Virus record (IMG/VR): IMGVR_UViG_3300032218_000881
Span: 1 to 30,637 of that record
Strand: one strand, 5' to 3'
DNA length: 30,637 bases
DNA from: a virus
Taxonomy: Duplodnaviria; Caudoviricetes
The notes beneath the pieces are model-generated. The model was given only the letters and a program-made list of their open reading frames with translations. It was not told where the DNA came from and searched no databases. Positions 16,242-24,987 of the stretch are shown here, piece after piece (the stretch's first letter is position 1; each line of letters opens with the position of its first letter). The position numbers were made by a program, and so were the translations under genes.

Positions 16242-16413
16242 TCCATTCCTTCAAATCCACCACATAGCCACGCAGCAGTGTTGCCTGCTTTAAATGCCAT
16301 TTGTCACCCGTGGCCAGATACAGCAAGGAATGATTGTCCACGCCATGCAACGCTTCCTTGATCACCGGGTTCCAACGTTCCCGAATCGTTGTGTTCCACT
16401 CGCGCTTGGCCAC
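16219..16413 (-). CDS. Conserved cyanophage-type hypothetical protein (REWNT..RE.WNPVI)
   Basis: Fills an otherwise empty gap; Trp-rich motif recalled from cyanophage hypotheticals. Confidence 0.65.
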   Translation of the reverse strand: MAKREWNTTIRERWNPVIKEALHGVDNHSLLYLATGDKWHLKQATLLRGYVVDLKEWIKQQERG

Positions 16414-16460
16414 GACTGAAAAGCGTCATACACTGTGCATGAACACCCTACGGGCATTTC

Positions 16461-17138
16461 ATGACTGACGATGTGATCCAGGAACCTACGGTGACTGGTG
16501 GCGGCGACACAGAAGCACTCAAACGCAGTATTGAGGCACTGGAACGCAAAAACTATGAGTTGATCGCCAAACTCAAAGAAAACAAAGCCAAGGCACCTGC
16601 CGTTCCTGATGGTGTCAATGTTGATGAATTGATCGAGTTCAAAAGGAACTACGAACAACAACAACTAGAACAACAAGGCAAGTATGGTGAGGCACGACAA
16701 GCACTTGAACAGCAGTTTCGTGCAGCAACAGCCGAAAAGGATCAACGCATCAATGAACTTGAAAGCCGTGTCCGCGAACTAGAACTAATGACGCCTGCCA
16801 TGACGGCATTGGCTGAAATTGTTCACGATCCTGATTACGTCCTCAAAAGCAAACTCACCAGCGATCAAATCGAACGCGAACCAGATGGCACCGTCGTTGT
16901 GGTCGATGGTTACCAGCGCACTCCTGTTGCTGAATGGGCCAAGTCACTTCCCAACTGGATGCAAAAAGCACCCAAGCCACAAGGCAGTGGTGCACCAGCC
17001 GGTCGCAGCAGTGGCATTGAAATCACTGGTGTAAAGAATCCATTTACACCTGAAAACTTCAACCTCACTGAACAATCACGCCTATACAAAACTGATCGTG
17101 ATATGTACGATCGATTGAAGGCAGCCGCTAACCGCTAA
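16461..17138 (+). CDS. Capsid scaffold protein
   Basis: Coiled-coil; C-terminal KNPF...FNLTEQSRLYKTD; precedes the capsid gene. Confidence 0.85.
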   Translation: MTDDVIQEPTVTGGGDTEALKRSIEALERKNYELIAKLKENKAKAPAVPDGVNVDELIEFKRNYEQQQLEQQGKYGEARQALEQQFRAATAEKDQRINELESRVRELELMTPAMTALAEIVHDPDYVLKSKLTSDQIEREPDGTVVVVDGYQRTPVAEWAKSLPNWMQKAPKPQGSGAPAGRSSGIEITGVKNPFTPENFNLTEQSRLYKTDRDMYDRLKAAANR

Positions 17139-17150
17139 GCTGTACGCATT

Positions 17151-17186
17151 AGCAGCAAGGTTACGCCGAGCCGCTGGGTTACGCCC
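17151..17186 (+). promoter_or_regulatory. Structured capsid mRNA leader with two GG-TTACG-CC hairpins
   Basis: GGTTACGCC at 17159 and 17177. Confidence 0.5.
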
Positions 17187-17218
17187 GCAACGCACAAAAC
17201 ACTCTTTGGAGAAACACC

Positions 17219-18244
17219 GTGGCGACTCTTCGCTCCGATGTCATCATCCCCGAGATTTTTACTCCCTATGTGATTGAGCAAACCACCGTGCGGAACGTGT
17301 TTCTGCAAAGTGGTGTTGCACAACCCATGGCCGAGCTAAATGCTACGGAAGGTGGTGATTTCGTAAAAATCCCTTTCTGGAAAGCAAACCTCAGTGGCGA
17401 CGCTGAAGTGCTAACCGATTCCACCAGCTTGATCCCAGGCAAGATTTCTGCTGACACTCAAGTTGGCGTGATCCTGCACCGTGGTCGTGCTTGGGAATCC
17501 CGTGACCTGGCTGCTCTTGCTGCTGGTGCGGATCCTATGGCCGCTATCGGCGCCAAAGTTGGTGAGTACATCGCCAACCAACAGCAAAAAGATCTGTATA
17601 AGGCTCTTGAAGGTGTGTTCGGTGCCTTGACTGGTTCTGATTCACCTGCCTTTACCGATCTGCGCTTTGATACCAGCGGTATGGGTCCTCTGGGTCCTCG
17701 TCAGGTTGCTCAAGCACGCGCCAAACTTGGCGATCAAGGCGACAAGCTGGCTGCTGTTGCTATGCACAGCGCTTGCTACTACGACCTTGTTGAGCGCAAG
17801 GCAATTGACTATGTGACCAACACAGAAGCTCGTTTGAGCACTTCTGCTACTGGTGCCAGCACCATCAACGCTATTGGTGGTTCTGTTGCTGGTTCTTTCA
17901 GCAACGATTACAGCATTCCTACCTACATGGGTATGCGCGTGATTGTTTCTGATGACATCACCAACAGTGGTGGCAACTACGCTTGTTACTTCTTCACCAA
18001 CGGCGCTATCGCCACTGGTGAGCAAGCTGCACTGCGTACTGAGACTGATCGGGACATCCTGGCCAAGTCGGACGCCATGGCTGCTGACTGGCACAACGTG
18101 TTCCACCCTGTTGGCGCCAAGTGGGCGGTGACTACCACCAACCCCACCCAGGCACAACTGGCAACCGTTGGCAACTGGTCGAAAGTGTACGAAACCAAGA
18201 ATATTGGTATCGTGCGTGCGACCATCACCTCCAACTTCGATTGA
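17219..18244 (+). CDS. Major capsid protein
   Basis: MATLRSDVIIPEIFTPYV, GGDFVKIPFW, TYMGMRVIVSD, ETDRDIL; GGAGA RBS. Confidence 0.93.
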   Translation: MATLRSDVIIPEIFTPYVIEQTTVRNVFLQSGVAQPMAELNATEGGDFVKIPFWKANLSGDAEVLTDSTSLIPGKISADTQVGVILHRGRAWESRDLAALAAGADPMAAIGAKVGEYIANQQQKDLYKALEGVFGALTGSDSPAFTDLRFDTSGMGPLGPRQVAQARAKLGDQGDKLAAVAMHSACYYDLVERKAIDYVTNTEARLSTSATGASTINAIGGSVAGSFSNDYSIPTYMGMRVIVSDDITNSGGNYACYFFTNGAIATGEQAALRTETDRDILAKSDAMAADWHNVFHPVGAKWAVTTTNPTQAQLATVGNWSKVYETKNIGIVRATITSNFD

Positions 18245-18259
18245 TAGGAGGAACTAACC

Positions 18260-18643
18260 ATGGCTTCGATTTTTGAACTGGAGCAGCCGTCTTTTGGCCG
18301 CCACTCCACTGGCAAACTGTTGCTTGCTGCAACTGATGCCAATACCACGTTGAGTGCTGCACAAGCTGTTTCGAGCATCGTCACGATGACTCCTACAGCT
18401 AACCGCACACTCACCACTCCCGTGGCTGCTGACATCATTGCTGAACTTGGCCCCCAAGCCAAGATTGGCCAAACCTTCGAGGTTAATGTTGTCAACCAGG
18501 CAGCTTCGACTTATACGGTCACCTTCACTGCTGGCGCCACAGGCGTCACCGTAGTTGGTGCCGCTGCTGTCTCAGCAGCTAGTGGTGGTACTTTTACTGG
18601 CCGTGTTGCTTCTGCAACCACGGTTGTGTTTTACCGTTCCTGA
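18260..18643 (+). CDS. Probable capsid decoration/head fibre protein
   Basis: A/T/V-rich beta protein after the capsid gene; strong AGGAGG RBS. Confidence 0.6.
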   Translation: MASIFELEQPSFGRHSTGKLLLAATDANTTLSAAQAVSSIVTMTPTANRTLTTPVAADIIAELGPQAKIGQTFEVNVVNQAASTYTVTFTAGATGVTVVGAAAVSAASGGTFTGRVASATTVVFYRS

Positions 18644-18832
18644 ATGGGACTTTTTGCCTTCCGGCGACTGCGTGAACAGGAGGCTGCCTCTAACGAGGTG
18701 GCCTCTTTTTCCGTTGAAGAGCCAGCTACTGTAGAAGTAGCACCTGAAGTAATTACCGAGCCGGTTAATGGCAATCGCCCTAGACGCAACAATCGGCGGA
18801 AGTTCAGCGAACACCTACCTGACGCTGGCTGA
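18644..18832 (+). CDS. Hypothetical protein
   Basis: ORF track; abuts the upstream stop. Confidence 0.55.
   Translation: MGLFAFRRLREQEAASNEVASFSVEEPATVEVAPEVITEPVNGNRPRRNNRRKFSEHLPDAG
18680..18710 (+). terminator. Intrinsic terminator after the capsid and decoration genes
   Basis: GAGGCTGCCTC-TAAC-GAGGTGGCCTC-TTTTT. Confidence 0.8.
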
Positions 18833-19331
18833 CGCGCAAGCCATTGTTGATGGTCTGGTGCTTGATGCGGACGTGACCGCATGGGGCACTGCGACCACCG
18901 ACGCTAAGAACCGCGCACTGTATACCGCTGCTCAGAGGTTGGACCGTGAACGTTTTCTTGGTGCTCGCGCTACTGACACCCAGTCAATGCAGTGGCCGCG
19001 AACTGGAGTACGCAAGCCTGATACCTATATCAATACCTATGCAACAGGCTTCCCATTTCGGATTACCACTGACTACTTCACTGATAGTGAGATCCCTCCA
19101 CAGATCAAGCAAGCACAGGTGGTGCTGGCCGTCTATCTCAACAACAACACTGATAGCCTCGGCCTGAACGGTCTTGAGGATTACAACAGCGTCACCATCG
19201 GCCCGATCAGCGTCAGCATGAATACCAGCAGTCCACAGGTTGGCGCAGATAAGGTGCCACCAATGATGGAACGGTATCTGACTGGCCTTAGAATCAGTGG
19301 ACCTGGCAACATTGCAATTCGACGATCATGA
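18768..19331 (+). CDS. Head-tail adaptor (DnaT_2-like family)
   Basis: ANTYLTLADA...AL..AAQRLD...G.RATDTQ..QWPR...IP.QIK.AQ..LA. Confidence 0.82.
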   Translation: MAIALDATIGGSSANTYLTLADAQAIVDGLVLDADVTAWGTATTDAKNRALYTAAQRLDRERFLGARATDTQSMQWPRTGVRKPDTYINTYATGFPFRITTDYFTDSEIPPQIKQAQVVLAVYLNNNTDSLGLNGLEDYNSVTIGPISVSMNTSSPQVGADKVPPMMERYLTGLRISGPGNIAIRRS

Positions 19332-19534
19332 GCATTTTTCTTGGTGGTGGTGATGCTGTAATCCGCGCCGGACTTGAAATCCCGACGCATGACTACATCA
19401 GTAACACTTATGACGGCAGTGGCAACCTAACGGGTGTTGCATATTATCGCGGTGGGTCTGGCGGCAAATTGGTGGCAACGCTTACTCTGACTTACAACGT
19501 CAGCGGCAACTTGCTTACCGTTACCCGGAGCTGA
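19328..19534 (+). CDS. Small virion-associated beta protein (YD-like)
   Basis: IPTHDYI..TYDGSGNLT.V...TYNVSGNLLTV internal repeat. Confidence 0.65.
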   Translation: MSIFLGGGDAVIRAGLEIPTHDYISNTYDGSGNLTGVAYYRGGSGGKLVATLTLTYNVSGNLLTVTRS

Positions 19535-19536
19535 CC

Positions 19537-19749
19537 GTGACACGGCTTGACATCGCTACTGGTGGGATTCTGCAAGGCGTTGACTTACTACAACTTGATG
19601 GTGATGAAACATTTTTTTTCAATCTGAATGGAGAACTTAAGCTTGCGCCGTTGATCGGCACACAACTTCTTGAGTTTCTTGCAGCAGAGAATTTTGATTT
19701 GCTGCTGTATGAAAATAGTGACAAAATCAAACTAGAAGGTGCAGCATGA
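19537..19749 (+). CDS. Hypothetical protein
   Basis: GTG start; fills the gap; C-terminal LAAENFDLLLYENSDKIKLE. Confidence 0.6.
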   Translation: MTRLDIATGGILQGVDLLQLDGDETFFFNLNGELKLAPLIGTQLLEFLAAENFDLLLYENSDKIKLEGAA

Positions 19750-20102
19750 CGTTATCTCATTCACTTCAGAAGACTGCTTCCAAATTGATGAGCAAGTTTG
19801 GTGGTGCGTTGACCTACAGACGTGTCACCAGCGGAACCTACAACGCCACCACAGGCACTGTGAACGAGACAGCGACAGATTATGCCTTACGTGGTGTGTT
19901 ACAGGATGTGACAGCTCGTGAGGTCAATGAGCTGATCCAAGCCGGTGACAAGCGGCTGTTTATCGCAGCAACCGATCTAGCCATAACGCCTAACACCGCT
20001 GATCGCGTAATCATCAGCACTGTCTCACATCAGATCATTAGCGTGCAAACCATCGAACAAGACAACCTGCCAATTACTTATGAACTGGTCTTGCGAGCCT
20101 GA
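19746..20102 (+). CDS. Head closure/stopper protein
   Basis: G.YNATTG...LIQAGDKRL...P...DRV; position. Confidence 0.75.
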   Translation: MTLSHSLQKTASKLMSKFGGALTYRRVTSGTYNATTGTVNETATDYALRGVLQDVTAREVNELIQAGDKRLFIAATDLAITPNTADRVIISTVSHQIISVQTIEQDNLPITYELVLRA

Positions 20103-20104
20103 TC

Positions 20105-20500
20105 ATGGCAAGACGCATCAACATTGTTGACATTGGTGACTTCTGCGAGGAGCGGATGAATCAGTTGATGCGTGTCGTGGTGCTGGAAACTGATCAGCAG
20201 GTAAAGACTCAAAGCCCAGTAGATACAGGTCGCTTTCGTTCCAGTTGGGCAATTGGTGAGAATGCAACCGGTAACTACGACGCTGGCATTGGTGGATCAT
20301 TGGCGCCTGTTGGCATCAATTACACACCTGGCACAGAACGTATAGCCAATGTTTATCACGTTCACAACTCATTGCCATACGCTGAGCCATTAGCCAATGG
20401 CCATAGTTCTCAGGCACCAGCAGGATGGATCGACATCATTGCTAGACAGATGACAAATCGTGCTAAGCAATTGGCAGACACTATCGGGAGGCAAGGTTAA
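20105..20500 (+). CDS. HK97 gp10-like tail completion protein
   Basis: SPVDTGRFRSSW, N.LPYAEPL..GHS.QAP.G. Confidence 0.85.
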   Translation: MARRINIVDIGDFCEERMNQLMRVVVLETDQQVKTQSPVDTGRFRSSWAIGENATGNYDAGIGGSLAPVGINYTPGTERIANVYHVHNSLPYAEPLANGHSSQAPAGWIDIIARQMTNRAKQLADTIGRQG

Positions 20501-20925
20501 TGGCTGCACTGGATGTCAATGCAATCCGCGCCATCGTCGAAGGCAGACTTGCCACCGAACTGGCAACCGCACCACCAATCCCCGTGGTGTTTCATAACGT
20601 GGCCTACACGCCCACACCAGCCAGCACCTGGGTGCAATGCACCGTCAGCTTTGGCAATAACAACTACTTGACAATGGGCAACCTCACTGGTGCCAGTAAC
20701 AGTGTCATCGGCGTAATTGTTGTAAATATCTTCTCTGCCAAAGGTGTTGGATCTGGCGTCAATTTCACTGTCGGCAAAAGAGTACGTGACCTTTACAATA
20801 GAATTGTCGTATCAGGGGTTCGTTTTGATCCCCCAACTGGCCCAGAGGTGGTGGCCACGCCGTCTCCCGAAGGGTACTTCCAAACACAGGTCAGAATGAC
20901 CTTTGAAACCTTCGAGGATCTCTAA
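20500..20925 (+). CDS. Tail terminator (DUF4128-like)
   Basis: PVVFHNV.Y.P...WV...G...VNIF..KG.G; precedes the tube genes. Confidence 0.75.
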   Translation: MAALDVNAIRAIVEGRLATELATAPPIPVVFHNVAYTPTPASTWVQCTVSFGNNNYLTMGNLTGASNSVIGVIVVNIFSAKGVGSGVNFTVGKRVRDLYNRIVVSGVRFDPPTGPEVVATPSPEGYFQTQVRMTFETFEDL

Positions 20926-20927
20926 CC

Positions 20928-21347
20928 ATGGCTTTTTACCGAGGCGAACAAGGCTCCGTCAAGTTTGACGATGCCGGTTCTGCTAACACCACCATTGCAT
21001 CCACCCGTTCATGGTCAATGACCATTGAAAAGGACGTGTTGGAAACCACCGCTCTTGGTGCGACCTACAAAAGCAATATCGGCGGTCTGATCGCCGGGTC
21101 TGGCAGCGTCGAGCTGATGTACACCGCCAGCAGCGCCGACGAAACCAGCACATTTATTAAGGCTGCTAACACTGCAACCGATCAAGGCGTGGCTACCTTC
21201 GAGTTGTTCCTTGATACCACCGGCACCAAGAAGATCAGCTTTACTGGTTTGATCACTTCTGCCGATTACAGCGCCACAGTTGGCGAGTTGGAGGTTATTA
21301 CCTGTAACTTCGTGACCACCGGCACCATCACCACCTCGACGATCTGA
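20928..21347 (+). CDS. Major tail tube protein, copy 1
   Basis: RSWSMTIEKDVLETTALG...GLIAGSGSVE...F..TG.IT. Confidence 0.85.
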   Translation: MAFYRGEQGSVKFDDAGSANTTIASTRSWSMTIEKDVLETTALGATYKSNIGGLIAGSGSVELMYTASSADETSTFIKAANTATDQGVATFELFLDTTGTKKISFTGLITSADYSATVGELEVITCNFVTTGTITTSTI

Positions 21348-21349
21348 TC

Positions 21350-21772
21350 ATGGCTTTCTATCGCGGCGAACAAGGCACCATCTTTTTTGATAAGGATGCT
21401 TCTGGTGCAGCACTCAGCGAAATTGCTGCTGTGCGTTCCTGGTCTATGACCGTGGAAAAGGATGTCATGGAGACAACTGCTCAAGGTGCTACATACAAGG
21501 CCAACATTGGTGGTCTGATTGCTGGCAGCGGCAGCATGGAAATCATGTATGACGCTCCCAGTGCTGGTGACAAACTTGACCTGCTCAGGGATGTCAACGT
21601 GGCAACCGACGAAGGCAACGCCAACGTTGAGTTGTACCTTGATGAAACAGGCGGCAAGAAGATCACTGGTGCCATCGTGATCACATCTGCTGATTACGGT
21701 GCTACGGTTGGCGAACTGGAAGTGGTGACGGTTAACTTCACCATGAACGGTGCCATTACTACCTCGATCTAA
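21350..21772 (+). CDS. Major tail tube protein, copy 2
   Basis: Full-length paralog of copy 1. Confidence 0.85.
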   Translation: MAFYRGEQGTIFFDKDASGAALSEIAAVRSWSMTVEKDVMETTAQGATYKANIGGLIAGSGSMEIMYDAPSAGDKLDLLRDVNVATDEGNANVELYLDETGGKKITGAIVITSADYGATVGELEVVTVNFTMNGAITTSI

Positions 21773-22128
21773 TGCCTGCATCACCACGCCCCGTTGATCT
21801 ACTCACCGGGGCTTTTGACCTAAACCAGCGGCGTCAATTCAACATCAAGAAGGAAGATGGCACCGTAGTGCTGTCGCTGTACTTCAAGCCGATAACCCGC
21901 GCTGATCGCAAGCGTGCGTCTGGTCTTGCTGGATCAGAGGAAGCCTTGGACATCAGCACCCAAATGCTGTGCCACATGGCCGAGCTGGAAGACGGCACCA
22001 AAGCATTTGTATCAGCCGATGCAGCCAAGCTGCAACGCGAGCTGCCCGAGTCGGTGCTGAACGAACTGGAACTGTTCTTGTTTGGTCTTGGTGCACCTGA
22101 GCCGCTGGAAGAAGCAAAAAACGACTAG
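21772..22128 (+). CDS. Tail assembly chaperone (gpG-like)
   Basis: Between tube and TMP; ends in slippery A AAA AAC. Confidence 0.85.
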   Translation: MPASPRPVDLLTGAFDLNQRRQFNIKKEDGTVVLSLYFKPITRADRKRASGLAGSEEALDISTQMLCHMAELEDGTKAFVSADAAKLQRELPESVLNELELFLFGLGAPEPLEEAKND

Positions 22129-22301
22129 AGGCCGATAGCTGGCTTTACTTTGAAATGTTCCTAGCTACTGAGCTAGGCATGACGGTAAGTCGGCTTCGGC
22201 AGGAATTGACGGATGCAGAGTTAATCCACTTTGCTGCCTACTACGAGCTGAAAGGCAAACGTGAGCGTGAGGAAATAGACAAAGCCAAGCGGCGTAGCTA
22301 G
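22116..22301 (+). CDS. Minus-1 frameshift extension of the chaperone (gpGT-like)
   Basis: AAAAAAC at 22116-22122; -1 frame reads RLEADSWLYFEMFLATELGMTVSRLRQELT...AKRRS* to 22301. Confidence 0.85.
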   Translation, partial: KKRLEADSWLYFEMFLATELGMTVSRLRQELTDAELIHFAAYYELKGKREREEIDKAKRRS

Positions 22302-22330
22302 TAGACTGACGCAATAGCAGTGGTCGATCC

Positions 22331-24646
22331 GTGGCAGTAGCCAACATAGCGATTGAGGTAAATGGCCAGCAGGCGGCCAATGCGCTTAAGCAAATAACAG
22401 TTGCATCCAAACAACTGGAAAATGCTGTTGGCGGTACGACTACAAAAATTAACAATCAAAATGCGGCAACAAATTCAGCATCAAACCAGTTAAAAAATTA
22501 CAGCAGAAGCACCCAGGTTGCAACTGCTGCAACAAATGGGTTGAAGGGTGCCATAACAAACCTTGTTGGAGCTTTCACTCTTGTATCAGCAGCTAAATTT
22601 GTATTTGCAAAAACAGCAGAACTTGAAACGCAAACCAAAAGCCTTGAGGTTCTAACTGGTAGTGTTACAAAAGCAAAAGCGATCATTCAAGAACTTCAAC
22701 AGCTTGGTGCGGTTACGCCTTTCACAAGTACAGAGTTAATTGATACTGCTAAACGTCTTAATGCTTTTGGTGTTGAAGGCGATAAGGTTGTTGAAACTAC
22801 TAGGCGGCTTGCCGACGTAGCAGGTGCAACTGGTGCAGAACTTCAGGGTTTGGCCACGGCTTATGGTCAAGTTCAAGCAAAAGGTCGTTTACAAGGTGAA
22901 GAATTATTGCAGTTCCAGGAACGTGGAGTTGCACTTCAACAAGAACTGCGGAAGATGTATGGCCTATCTGGCGAAGAATTTCAAAAGGCACTCAGTAAAG
23001 GTCGCATCAGCGCAGAAGCGGTTGAAGTTGCAATTAAACGATTAACAGATGCAGGTGGGAAATATGCAAACGGCGCAGTAGCACAAAGCGATACACTCCA
23101 AGGTAAATTCAGTACTTTGATTGACAATGTAGAACAACTTGCTAGAACTATTGGTGTTGTGTTGACACCAGCCTTAAAGGCAATTTTCTCTCAAGCTATT
23201 CGAGTAGTTGATGCAATCAATACAGCACTTGCAGCTGGTAGAGGAGGTGGTTTTGCGCGCAACCTGGCTGGAGCTACTGGAGCAATCAATCTGGGAGCAA
23301 CATCAGAAGGTGTGGACCGTATTGCTAAAGGCATCAGCCAAGTTAGTAGCCAAAGAAATAAAGCTGGCATTCAACAAAACTTGCAATACCTAACAAATTA
23401 TCAAACAATTTTGCAACGAATTGGCACACAAGATCCAAATGCTAGCCGTGCTGTTCAGTTGCAAGGTGTTATTCAGCAGAAAATCCAGCAAAATTTAGCG
23501 GCACAGCAACAGCTGAACAAAGCCCAAGCAGGAATGTTCAAGTCAACTGCAATACCTGCGCTACTTGCTGAGACTGGCGGTAGCAAGAAAAAGAAAGGCA
23601 AGACTGATGCTGAAAGAGCTGCCGAAAAAGCAGCAGCTGAAGCATTGCGTTTGAAAAATTCACTAGGAGATATAGGAACTGAACTGAGTCTTAAGCAGCA
23701 GATTTATGGTCTAGATAACAAGATTTTCGAAGCCAATCTGATCAACGATAAAGAAACCGCTATTCGCCTTGAAGGTGAAAAGCGACTAGCGCAAATCAAG
23801 GCTGAAATCACAAAACTTGAATATGACAAGCTAAAACCACAGGAACTACAAGCAAAAACACAGTCGCTGTTACAAGACAAAGTAATTGCCCAACGAAACA
23901 CCCAACAGCAACTGATCTTGAATCAAGTGCAAGTGGCTAAGCAGGCTGAAGCCGCAATACGTCCAATTATCCAAGAAAACGAATTACTACAGGCCAAAAT
24001 CAACGGCACAGAACTTGAATATCAAAAACGATTGTTGATTCAGCAGATCATGCGTGACAACCCTACACTTCAATTGCGTGACGCTGAAGCGGTTGTAGCA
24101 AAAAATGAAGCATTGCAAAAACAACTAAAAACAGTAGAGGATCTAAACGCAATCTACAACCAGATTGGTACCTCAATTACGAGCGGCGTTTTAGACAGCA
24201 TTACGGCAGCCGTAGAAGGCACCAAGAGCCTTGGCGAATCGGCAGCACAAGTGCTTAAAGACATCGGCAAGCAACTCCTTAAGAGCGGCATTATGCAGCT
24301 GCTGACCAGCCTTGCTGGCAATGACGGAGTTGGTTTTTTCAGCTTCTTGACTGGCACCTTAGGCAAACGCGCCATGGGAGGCCCCGTTAGCGCCGGATCG
24401 TCCTACATGGTTGGCGAGCGTGGCCCCGAGTTGTTCACGCCTAAGCATGGCGGCAGCATTGTTCCAAACAACGCACTTGGCGGCGGCAGCACCAACGTCG
24501 TGGTCAACGTGGACGCCAGCGGTTCCAGCGTTCAAGGCGATCAAGCGCAAGCCAAGCAACTTGGTGTTGTCGTTTCTGCTGCGGTGCAGGCAGAATTGGT
24601 CAAACAACAACGCCCTGGCGGTCTACTCGCTGGCACACGACGCTAA
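22331..24646 (+). CDS. Tape measure protein
   Basis: TPFTSTEL...GRLQGEELLQF.ERG; C-terminal RAMGGPV...VGERGPELF. Confidence 0.95.
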   Translation: MAVANIAIEVNGQQAANALKQITVASKQLENAVGGTTTKINNQNAATNSASNQLKNYSRSTQVATAATNGLKGAITNLVGAFTLVSAAKFVFAKTAELETQTKSLEVLTGSVTKAKAIIQELQQLGAVTPFTSTELIDTAKRLNAFGVEGDKVVETTRRLADVAGATGAELQGLATAYGQVQAKGRLQGEELLQFQERGVALQQELRKMYGLSGEEFQKALSKGRISAEAVEVAIKRLTDAGGKYANGAVAQSDTLQGKFSTLIDNVEQLARTIGVVLTPALKAIFSQAIRVVDAINTALAAGRGGGFARNLAGATGAINLGATSEGVDRIAKGISQVSSQRNKAGIQQNLQYLTNYQTILQRIGTQDPNASRAVQLQGVIQQKIQQNLAAQQQLNKAQAGMFKSTAIPALLAETGGSKKKKGKTDAERAAEKAAAEALRLKNSLGDIGTELSLKQQIYGLDNKIFEANLINDKETAIRLEGEKRLAQIKAEITKLEYDKLKPQELQAKTQSLLQDKVIAQRNTQQQLILNQVQVAKQAEAAIRPIIQENELLQAKINGTELEYQKRLLIQQIMRDNPTLQLRDAEAVVAKNEALQKQLKTVEDLNAIYNQIGTSITSGVLDSITAAVEGTKSLGESAAQVLKDIGKQLLKSGIMQLLTSLAGNDGVGFFSFLTGTLGKRAMGGPVSAGSSYMVGERGPELFTPKHGGSIVPNNALGGGSTNVVVNVDASGSSVQGDQAQAKQLGVVVSAAVQAELVKQQRPGGLLAGTRR

Positions 24647-24987
24647 TGGCCACCTTTCCATCAATCACGCCAACTTATGGCGCCCAGAAAACCAGCCAAC
24701 CCAAGGTGCGGCAAACGCAATTTGGCGATGGCTACGCTCAGAGAATTCAATTTGGCCTGAACCAGAATCCAAAATCATGGAGCCTTACATGGGAAGTATC
24801 GGAAACCGACGCGGACACCATTGAGGCATTCCTTGATGCACGGGCTGCTGATGCCGCGTCCTTTTCCTGGACTCCGCCAGACGCAGTTACCTCCTATAAA
24901 TGGATCTGCTATGACTGGTCAAAATCAATCCCGTACTTAAACCGCGCCACAATCCAAGCAACGTTTGCGCAAGTCTTTGAACCCTAA
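24646..24987 (+). CDS. Distal tail protein (lambda gpM-like)
   Basis: QFGDGYAQR..GLN...FL......SF.WTPP...ATF.QVFEP. Confidence 0.92.
   Translation: MATFPSITPTYGAQKTSQPKVRQTQFGDGYAQRIQFGLNQNPKSWSLTWEVSETDADTIEAFLDARAADAASFSWTPPDAVTSYKWICYDWSKSIPYLNRATIQATFAQVFEP

Noticed and set aside
9508-21787. Long opposite-strand ORFs (e.g. 9508-10062, 17642-18157, 17986-18495, 21266-21787)
   Set aside because: Shadows of well-supported plus-strand genes, with no motifs
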